64,000 nucleotides of DNA, from NCBI GenBank assembly GCA_038087875.1, contig CM075987.1, forward strand, positions 19,470,001-19,534,000, written 5' to 3'. Of the stretch, positions 54,586-64,000 are shown one piece after another. This DNA is from Malacoraja senta. Lineage: Eukaryota. Below the pieces are notes generated by a model that worked only from the letters and a program-made list of their open reading frames with translations, searched no databases and had not been told where the DNA came from. The first letter of the stretch is position 1. Each line of letters begins with the position of its first letter. A program made the translations under genes and the position numbers.

Positions 54586-57500
54586 TACATGTTTATGCTT
54601 ATTACTACCAAACGTTTGGATATTGCTGCTTGGATATAAGGATCTCTGTTGTCGTTGATGCCATTTCATGAAGAGACTAAAGAACAATTTATTCCACAAA
54701 TCATTTAGCTGTGGGGCAACCATTTTTAAGGATGGAAATACAGTATCAAGGAGCATCCAGTAAATAAATATGCACTCATGAACTCAAACTTCACATGAAT
54801 TACAAATTTAAGCAGAAGTACTCGGTGATGTAACCAGAATCATTATTTGGAGGGCAAATGGTCTGATTTAATGTGCTACCCATTCCCAATTTTCTTTCCT
54901 ACATCTGCCAAGGTCCAACTCCAAAGCACCGTACCAGTTCCAATAGCTCTCAGAATGTACCTACATTACATGTGTAGCAGGTTATTCTCCTTGATACCGG
55001 TCAGGCATCAGAATTGACAGTCTGATCATCAAACATAGTCAATTTATCAGTATATGAAGCTTATCTGTCCTGCCTAACTCAAAGGCACCAATCTGCATTA
55101 TTGCTTCTCCCAATGCAGGGCTACCAATGTTGGGTGAGAGTTGGGAGTGAGAAATTGTGAGAGACCAAGCCTGAGGGAGCATAGCGACCAGGGGAGGGTG
55201 TGGGAGGAGGGTGCCCCCCCCCCCCCTCCCATTGGTGCGGAACTTTTGCATTTTTCAGCTTGAAATTGTGCAAAAAGGTGCATACTGTAGCGAGTTTTTT
55301 AACTTACACTTGAATGTAATATATATGCTTTAAATTGGATTAGCTATGAATAAGGTTAGACTAAATTACATTCCTAATTACATTCCACAGTAGAGCCCAG
55401 GCTCTGATCAACACGTGCAGCACAATGAATGATCTTAGTATATTCATGTATGGAAATCAGGTTATAATCAAACACTTGGCCCATGTTGACCAACCTGGGT
55501 CTCACTGCACACCTGGTACTACTCCTGGCCCTGACTCCAGTTGCATACCTTCTCTCATTCCTGACCATGAGTCTAGCCTTAAACCTGCCCCCCTATTCTA
55601 CCCTGATCATCGCTGCTTACCTGCTTAGGTTCCCAGTGCTGAACACTCCCCTGGTCCCAGCTTTGATTGCACACCTAGTACTATTCCAGACCTTGACTCT
55701 GGATGCACACTTGGCCTTGCTCCTAGCCCCTCTGCACTGACAATATATCTGGCCCACACATAAAGCCCCATATCTGACCCCCTGGACTTAACCTATTACG
55801 TTCAAGTCCACAGATGCTTATCTAATGCATTAATTTTTTATGGGGCACTTCACAGACCAAATTATGTATAACAAAATTTGCTACATCCATTGGCTTCTTT
55901 GTTATCTAACATGCTAGTTACTTTGTCAAAGAAGTCATCAATTGGTTGAACACAATTTATCATCCATAAAATTATACTCACTCAGCTGTGTAAGTATTCT
56001 GTTACCATTTCTTTCATTTTCCTAACAAACTGTCCTGAAGTCATTTTCACCCCCAATATTTTCAGTATTTTGCTGTCTTCTTCTCAGCTGGGACTTTTCC
56101 GAAATGCAAAGTCCAATAACTATATATTTAAGCAATATTATTCTATTAAATGTCATCTTGAGAGTACATAATATTTTATGTGGTATTCATAACACAACAA
56201 TGATAAAAAGATCTTTGTTTTGATTGCACCTACCAACATGCATACATTATTATATTACAGTTAATATGTACTGAGGGCAAATTTTTGTTCCAATGCTTCC
56301 CATTCCCAATTACTTTTACATTGAAGTGATTGAAATCCAAGTGGTTTAAATGGCATCATAAAAGTCAAACCTCCGGAATGGATGATATTCATCACGTGGT
56401 TGGTTGGTGTCAGTATCAGTACAATTACTATATTAAACTTTGAATCTTCAGATATCCTGGTTCAAGCTAAAACTAAAGACAAATAATAATCTCCTCACAC
56501 ATTCCCCTGCAAGTATCTCTGTCAATCCTTTAAAATATGCCCCTTCTTTGAACAAGCTCTTAAATATCGCATCTGGATCAGTTTCCATCTGATTAAACTC
56601 CTTGAGGATGTTCATCTATGTGTTAAATTAATAAAACAACGAGATTGGAGACATTTCTATTCAACCTGTCAAAGGAATTGGGGGGGGGGGAGTTTAGAAA
56701 TAGTCAGTGAGGTAAACAAACATAATAGTTGAGTGGCAAATGACAATAGTGCTACCTTCCCAATATTTAACTGAAGGAAATAATGGGTTATCGGGGCTGT
56801 ATGTTGTGACAGACAGCCTGACACCTTGCATGTCATTTTAATATTACACTTATCCCATCCCCCTGGATATTCCAGATTAATAAATTAAGGTTTTGTCAAC
56901 TAATTACAAATCAGGCTAATTAGGAATCAATAACATTAGCCAACTCCGAAACATGAAGCGCTGAGCATTGGGATCCAGACATCAGTTCCCCGCTCACATC
57001 TGGCAGTGTTCTCCGTCTGAACCAGGGGCCATGGAGCGTTTTTGAAAGTGGGGAGGCTGAGCCATCACTGATCACTGGCTTTGGGGGTACCCGGTGAGGG
57101 AGTGGAGCAACCGAGTGGGGAGAGGGTGGGGAAGGGGGGTGCCCCCATCCTAGGGTAGGGAATTTTTGAAATTTGATGTATTAAAATCATGTTTTAGTGC
57201 ATTGTAGAAGTATGATTTCAATGTTTTTTGTATGAATTATTTTTAAGAGGTAACTTTTTAAGGGGTAACTTTTTCCACACAAAGGGTGGTGGGTGTATGG
57301 AACAAGCTGCCAGAAGAGGTAGTTGAGGCAGGGACCATCCCAACATTTAAGAAACAGTTAGACTGATACATGGATAGGGCAGCTTTGGAGGTGTGGACCA
57401 AAAGCAGGTAGCGTAGCTGGGACATGTTGGCGGGTGTGGGCAAGTTGCGCCAAAGGGCCTGTTTTCACATTGTATCACTCTATGACTACATTTCCACCAT

Positions 57501-57986
57501 GCATGAATGCTTCAAAATCAAGTGATTGAGTTTTATTACCATATACTCAAGCATAGAAACATGGAAAATAGGTGCAGGAATAGGCCATTCGGCCCTTTGA
57601 GCCAGCACTGCCATTCAATATGATCATGGCTATTCATCTAAAATCAGTACCTCTTTCCGGGTATCATTGATGTCATTAGCCCCAAGAACTAAATGTAACT
57701 CTCTCTTAAAAATATCCAGTAAATTGACCTGCACTGCCTTCTGTGGCAGAGAATTCCACAGATTCACAACTCTCTGCGTGAAGAAGATTTGTCTTCATCT
57801 CAGTCCTAACTGGCCTACCCATTATTCTTAAACTGTGACCCCTGGTTCTGAACTCCCCCAACATTGGGAACATTTTTCCTGCAGTTACAGTAAGTGAAAA
57901 TCTAGCAGGCAAGCAGGATGCTTTCTCCAACCACTCCCATTTGGTCCACTATCTTCCACCGTTTCTACCCAGTGCTTGGTACTTAC

Positions 57987-58142
57987 TACCAGCAGCCACT
58001 GGTTGTCCTCCAGGATGCACCGAGCCGCAGCCTGATCCATGCCGGTCACCTGGGCGAATTTGGCACAGAGACTCTCACGGCAGCGGCGCAACGCTTATAA
58101 TGTCTCCAACATCCCGGGACTCTTGCACTGAGGCTGCTCCAT
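57987..58142 (-). pseudogene. Captured TDP2-like exon 1 fragment (UBA-like domain), premature stop at codon 16, donor intact
   Basis: MEQPQCKSPGMLETL*ALRRCRESLCAKFAQVTGMDQAAARCILEDNQWLLV|GTAAGT resembles human TDP2 RRLLCVEFASVASCDAAVAQCFLAENDWEME (recalled). Confidence 0.75.
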
Positions 58143-58403
58143 GGCCGGAGTTGCAGTGAGCGACTCGCCAGCCCAGCAAACACTCGCCAGCCCAGCAAAC
58201 ACTCGCCATCCCCACTCCCCGTCCGCACCTGTCCCCGCCGCTGCTTCTGCTTCCAACTCCCGCGGCCCATGCAGTTGATATTAGTTTTGACATTTTCGTT
58301 GATCACAGAATTTCTCACGAGAGCGTGAGAAATTTGTGATCAGCGTGAGAATTTGGCAAAATGCGTGATTCTCACGCTCAATGCATGGGAGTTGGCAGCC
58401 CTG

Positions 58404-58714
58404 CCTCTATAATCCCCCTATCTCCCCCCTCTCTATCTCCCCGCTCTCTCTCTCCCACTCTCTGTTCCCCCCTCTCTCTCCTCTCTCTCTCCTCTCTCTC
58501 TCCCCCTCTCTCTCCCTCTCACTCTCCCTCCCCTCCCTCTCACCACCCCTCTCCCACCTCAGTCTCTCCCCTCTCCTCTCTCTCTTCCCCCTCTCCCTAC
58601 CCTCTCCCTACCCTCTCCCTCCTCTCTCTCCCCATTCTCTCCCCGTCTCACCCCCTCTCTCTCCCCAGTCTCCCTGTCTCCTTCCCCTCTCTCTCTCCCC
58701 CTCCCCCTCCCTTT
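58404..58714. repeat. CT-rich low-complexity tract
   Basis: Direct reading. Confidence 0.95.
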
Positions 58715-58729
58715 GAGAGTCTCTGTCCC

Positions 58730-58813
58730 TTCGGCACAGAGACTCTCACGGCAGCGGCGCAATGCTTCCGACGCCTCCGACGGCCCGGGACTATTGCACT
58801 GGGGCTGCTCCAT
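58730..58813 (-). pseudogene. Second, truncated TDP2-like exon 1 copy (MEQPQCNSPGPSEASEALRRCRESLCAE)
   Basis: Direct repeat of about 58060-58142 with no stop; truncated at a fold-back palindrome. Confidence 0.7.
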
Positions 58814-60017
58814 GGCCGGAGCTGCAGCGAGTGACTCGCCAGCCCCGCAAACACTCACCAGCCCCGCTCCCGGCATCTGTCCCCGCCGCAACTTCTACTT
58901 CCATCCCTCCCTCAGCCCCGGCTCTCCAACACCCGTGGCCCATGCAGTTTATGAGTTTTGAAATTTGAGTTGATCACAGAATTTCTCATGACAGAGCGTG
59001 AGAAACTTGTGAGGGCGTGAGAATTTGTCGAAATGCGTTATTCTCACGCTCAAAGCGTGAGAGTTGGCAGCCCTGCAATGTAAGGGTGGGTGGCCTTAAT
59101 GTGTTATGAAATTTAAAAAATGAAATAACTTTTACTTTCATCAATGCCACATTTATTGCTTGTAATAAAATTGGCTCATTTCCTAGCACTGTGATAGTCC
59201 CTCGTGAATGATTTTCAATAATTGCATTAAATCTAGCATAAGAAAAGTCTTGTTAAGTGTTGGCACTATAACTTTTTTTGATTAAGTCCCATCAATTGAC
59301 CAAAACATAATTGATGACATATTTGTCAATTCCTCAATGAGTATGTTACCAAGTTATCTGCACTGAGGATTTAGTGCTCAACGTTCAGTTGGGTGGGATA
59401 TCCCAGGCAGCCTCGTTTGTTTTATCTTCTGTAATCTTATGACCACCCAGCTAATCACACCAAGTCACTTTTGGGGGTATTTTTTCCCAATGTATGATTT
59501 CAATTGCTTTGTTTGAGAACACTCAAATGCCTTAGGACTTTTATACTACATTAAAAAGGCACATTATAATGAAGCTATTGTGATGACAGGCAGGAGAAGA
59601 TTAGAAGCAAATAATCAGTATTTTTTAAATTTATGTAATGAAACATTAAATACAAAGAACTGATTTTCATGCACCACAATCTCACGGTTTGGAGTTTTTT
59701 TGACTACTTATATTTTTGCTTATGCATTCACCAAAAGTCTATAATTAGATTAAAACCATAATTCACTTGGTGATCCATTATTTTATAAAGAAACTTTTTA
59801 AACTGCATGATTAAAACACAGCATTCACCATGCACCAAATTTCCATCATTTCATTTATAATCCTTCTGAACACCTTAATTAAAATGGATAACTCACTACT
59901 GATATCCAACACTCCCTTTGCTATCCTTCACGTTTTGATTCTTTAACTGCAAGGAGCATTGCCCCACACAAAATATCCCATCTAGCAATTTAAAATGTGT
60001 CCATACTCTGATGTTAC

Positions 60018-60283
60018 CTTATAGTGGCTGAGATATTCAGGGTGAGGGAAGTGCAAAGTGGAGATAAACTGATGAACATATGCACTCTGCATTCCATTTG
60101 TGTAAATGTTCTCAGCTATTATTTTACTAACTAGGGTTTTGCCTGTCCCGGTCCAGCCATGCAGAGACAAAGCCAGAGGTTTTTTAGGGTTTGGATTTGT
60201 GAAGAAACCATTGACAGCCTTCAAAACAACTTGCTTGGCAATATGTTGTCCAAATAGTTTGTTATCCAAGTCCATCTTCAAAC
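60018..60283 (-). CDS. Torsin exon 2 ([13 protein letters not shown]...[10 protein letters not shown]...SHYK), Walker A
   Basis: AG/GT bounded, 266 nt. Confidence 0.96.
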
Positions 60284-61717
60284 CTGGTTATGGAAATAAA
60301 AGGTTCAGATTATCACACAAAGAACAAAATTCTTTAAAATGCAGACTTTAACTGTTACACACATTTTCCACATTTTTAGTGCAGAGCTGAAGGGATGTTA
60401 AACATTTGGAGATATTGCCTCTCCATCAGTACATAAAGCGGAGGGATTTTACTTTATAAAGTGGACATCATAGATCCCAAAGCATGAGGAAAGGGGGAAT
60501 TATCCCTTGTTTCCTGGCCAATGTCTACCCTTAAGCAATGATCGAGTTATGTTGCTCTTTGGTGCATATTTACTCCACACAAATTGGCTGGCATATGAAG
60601 CAGGTTTATAATAGAGGCTATACTTCATTGGTTGATGAACCACTTTGAGATAGCCCAAGGATAATTTTCCAGCGATTCAATGCTTAAAAATGAAAGCACC
60701 CTATTAATGTGAAGTGCATCGGTCTGAGTACAGTTCAATAAAAAAACAATCAATACCCCACCCCATAAGAGTGAAAATGTCTAAATTCTGACCTCGGACT
60801 GTTTCTGTGCTGTTACACACATCTGCCATTCCTTAACAATGTCTTAAATTTGCTTCTTTTCTTACCCCGTAAATGTTTTTGACATTCTTAACGACACAAA
60901 GACCGCCTACTTCCATCTTTGTGTCATCATCTGTCCTACTTCATCTAATATCCTTAGGAAAACCTCATTCATTTGCTTGTGTCACTCCAGATTCCAATCC
61001 AACCACCTCCTGGCAAGTCTTCTATCCCCATATTTGGAATCTTCAATGCAGGCAGATTCCTGTTCCTGGGCTGTGACAGGAATCAGTGTTGGCCCTTCAT
61101 AATTTATATTACAAATTAGATTAAGAGACTGTATGAAACTAAAACAAAATATGCGAGTTGGTTGATTGGTTTAGATGGTTTATAAGTTTATTGATAATAC
61201 AGATAGAGGTGGATGTTTCATGTAAAGATGAGTTCAAAATCATGATAGATATGGACAAATTACATGACTTGGAAGCAGGGGGCAAAGGGAATTCATTCCC
61301 TTTGATAGGAGATATAAAAACAAACATTTTAAACATTGAGATTGGTAAATAGTGATGTACAGTGTAATCTTGGCATGTTGGTTCATATAAATGTGTAAAT
61401 AAATGTAAATAAGTGAGTACCAGCAATTGGGAAAACAAATAATTTGACCATCTTATTTGCAGAGTTTTAAGTATTAGTTTTAGAGATACAGCGTATTTTG
61501 GTCCACCAAGTCCATGTTGACCATCAATCACCTGTACACTAGTTCTATGTTACCCCACTTTTGCATCCTACACTATAGGGGCAATTTCCAGAAGCCAATT
61601 AACCTACAAACCGGCACGTCTTTCGAATGTGGGAGGAAACCGAAGCACCCGGAGAAAACTCATGCATTCGTAGGGAGAACACGCAAACTCCAACAGGCAA
61701 CAACCACAGGGTGTGGA

Positions 61718-63250
61718 AGTCAAGTCAAGTGAGTTTATTGTCATGCGTCCCTGATAGGACAATGAAATTCTTGCTTTGCTTCAGCACAACAGAACATAGT
61801 AGGCATTGACTAAAAGGCATTCTATAAATATATACACACATGAATCAATATACTGATAAATTGCAAATAACAGTATTGGCTAATAAAGTTCAGTGTTATG
61901 TCCGAGCCAGGTTTAATAGCCTGATGGCTGTGGGGAAGTAGCTGTTCCTGAACCTGGTCGTTGCAGTCTTCAGGCTCCTGTACCTTCTACCTGAAGGTAG
62001 TATGGAGATGAGTGTGTGGCCAGGATGGTGTGGGTCCTTGATGATACTGCCAGCCTTTTTGAGGCAGCGACTGTGATAGATCCCCTCGATGGAAGGGAGG
62101 TCAGAGCCGATGATGGACTGGGCAGTGTTTACTACTTTTTGTAGTCTTTTCCTCTCCAGGGCGCTCAAGTTGCCGAACCAAGCCACGATGCAACCAGTCA
62201 GCATGCTCTCTACTGTGCACCTGTAGGTTAGAGAGAGTCCTCCTTGACAAACCGACTCTCCGTAATCTACTCAGGAAGTAGATGCGCTGATGTGCTTTCT
62301 TAATAATGGCATCAGTGTTCTCGGACCAGGAAAGATCTTCAGAGATGTGCACGCCCAGGAATTTGAAGCTCTTGACCCTTTCAACCATCGACCCGTTGAT
62401 ATAAACGGGACTGTGGGTCCCCATCCTACTCCTTCCAAAGTCCACAATCAGTTCCTTGGTTTTGCTGGTGTTGAGGGCCAGGTTATTGTGCTGGCACCAT
62501 ATGGACAGTTGCTCGATCTCTCTTCTATACTCTGACACATCCCCATCAGTGATACGTCCCACAACAGTGGTGTCGTCAGCGAACTTGATGATGGAGTTCG
62601 CACTATGTCCGGCTACGCAGTCATGAGTATAGAGTGAGTACAGCAGGGGGCTGAGCACGCAGCCTTGAGGTGCTCCCGTGCTGATTGTTATCGAGTCTGA
62701 CACATTTCCACCAATACGAACAGACTGTGGTCTGAGAGTGAGGAAGTCGAGGATCCAATTGCAGAGGGATGCGCAGAGACCCAGTTCTGCGAGTTTGGTA
62801 ACCAGCTTGGAGGGGATGATTGTGTTAAATGCCGAGCTGTAATCGATGAATAACAGCCTGACATATGAGTTTTTGTTGTCCAAGTGGTCCAGAGCGGAGT
62901 GGAGGGCCAGCGAGATCGCATCCACCGTTGATCTGTTGTGGTGGTAAGCGAACTGCAGTGGGTCCAGGTTTTTGTCGAGGTAGGAGTTGATCTGCGTCAT
63001 GATCAACCTCTCAAAGCACTTCATCACCACAGGCGTTAGTGCCACAGGTCGATAGTCATTGAGGCACGTCACCTTACTCTTCTTGGGCACTGGTATAATT
63101 GATGCCCTTTTGAAGCAGGTGGGAACCTCAGACCTCAGAAGTGAGAGGTTGAAAATGTCCGTAAAAACTCCAGCCAGTTGGTCCGCACAGGTTTTTAGAA
63201 CACGACCAGGTATACCATCAGGTCCAGGTGCTTTTCGAGGGTTCACCCCA
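61718..63250 (-). mobile_element. 5'-truncated Rex1/Babar-like LINE with a largely open RT
   Basis: ORF 62101..63321 ([29 protein letters not shown]); one frameshift near 62220; (CTTGA)n tail at about 61718-61731. Confidence 0.92.
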
Positions 63251-63892
63251 ATGAAGTACAATCTCATTTTAGAATTACTGATAACTAGAACCACCGTGTC
63301 CGGCAAATAAATGAGGATCACAGCCAGAACCTAGCAATTAGACAGGCGCATGGATTTGCAGGGAATAGAGGGATATGGGTTATGTGCAGGCAGAGATTAA
63401 TTTAACCCAGCATCAATGTTCAGCACCGATATTGTGGGCTGTAGGACCTGTTCTTGTGCTGTATTGTTCTATCTTCTGTGAGTGTTGGAGGTCAGGAGAC
63501 TAATAAAAGTATATGAGAGGCTTCCTGTGGTGTCCTGTTTTATCTATTTATTACATTATTATAGAAACAACACTATTTCAATGACCACTTTTCACTCTCC
63601 ATCCATCAAAAGAGACAAATAAAGTTAAGATTAAAAAATCAATTTCTTCTCCTTATTATTTCGGGCCAAATTATTACTGGCTTATTACTGGATTTATATC
63701 CAAATCTGAATTTGCATTGTAATTCCCATCAGCAAATATGTGTTGTGCATTGTTCATTGTCACAACTACCCTGGAGAGAGCAGACGTGTTGCAAGGTAGC
63801 CTGTGCAATCTGCATGTAAAAGTCCTGTGGATGCAGCACAAATAAATAGCCGGTGAACGTTAACGTGACGGTGAGATGTCACGACTATTTAC

Positions 63893-64000
63893 CTGTCAGG
63901 TTGAGTTTCACCCACTCGTCCTCACAACACTCCTGGAACTTGCAGTACACTTTGGGGAAGAGGCCGGTAAGAAAAGTGGCCACGCCATCTGCGATGCCCA
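63893..64000 (-). CDS. Torsin exon 1, partial (GIADGVATFLTGLFPKVYCKFQECCEDEWVKLNLT)
   Basis: Torsin YCxFxECC motif; donor ACAG|GTAAAT, phase 1. Confidence 0.9.

Larger units (their letters stand above)
55116..59075. mobile_element. 3960-bp composite non-autonomous TIR element carrying host-gene cargo
   Basis: TIR CAGGGCT(A/G)CCAA; perfect TSD CAATG at 55111-55115 and 59076-59080; subterminal GTGAGA/TCTCAC repeats at both ends; extra internal right end at 58403. Confidence 0.85.
49467..64000 (-). other. Torsin-1 family AAA+ gene (TOR1B-like by orientation and several residues), 5' truncated by the window
   Basis: 5 exons with torsin structure and open frame; motifs [29 protein letters not shown]. 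The 1A versus 1B orthology cannot be settled here. Confidence 0.93.

Noticed and set aside
58361..58891. Long Ser/Pro/Leu and Glu/Gly/Arg ORFs
   Set aside because: Artefacts of the CT-rich tract; only the TDP2-like part is meaningful.
62101..63321. 406-aa RT ORF as a domesticated gene
   Set aside because: 5'-truncated LINE; the N-terminal residues come from flanking DNA, there is a frameshift near 62220, and it has a typical tail.
49467..64000. Calling the torsin a pseudogene, or assigning TOR1A or TOR1B firmly
   Set aside because: No stops, frameshifts or broken splice sites in the window; residues are mixed, so orthology needs a tree.

Overview
Vertebrate genomic DNA, most likely a cartilaginous fish (skate, ray or shark), inferred from the repeat content. 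The window holds the conserved USP20 - C9orf78 - torsin-1 cluster. USP20 (minus strand) has 15 coding exons here and its 3' part runs off the left edge. C9orf78 (plus strand) is complete, with 9 exons encoding 289 aa. A convergent torsin-1 family gene (minus strand) has 5 exons and its start lies beyond the right edge. All reconstructed introns are GT-AG and phase-consistent. Introns and spacers are dense with SINEs, CR1, Rex1/Babar and Penelope fragments, Tc1, hAT and Harbinger-type elements, and a decayed Gypsy with a nested DNA transposon. Four observations stand out. (1) The torsin frame is intact, but its Walker B catalytic Glu is Ala (FIFDAVNWM), its Walker A is GKT instead of torsin-type GKN, and the DYT1 EE pair is DK, making it a candidate natural pseudo-ATPase. 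(2) A 3.96-kb TIR element with a perfect 5-bp TSD in torsin intron 2 appears to have captured the first exon of TDP2 (UBA-like domain plus splice donor), in two copies. (3) A 168-bp inverted intronic duplication brackets two small USP20 exons. (4) USP20 and C9orf78 have separate promoters about 4.2 kb apart, each with its own ZNF143-type motif. Homology calls rest on my recollection of reference proteins; no searches were run.
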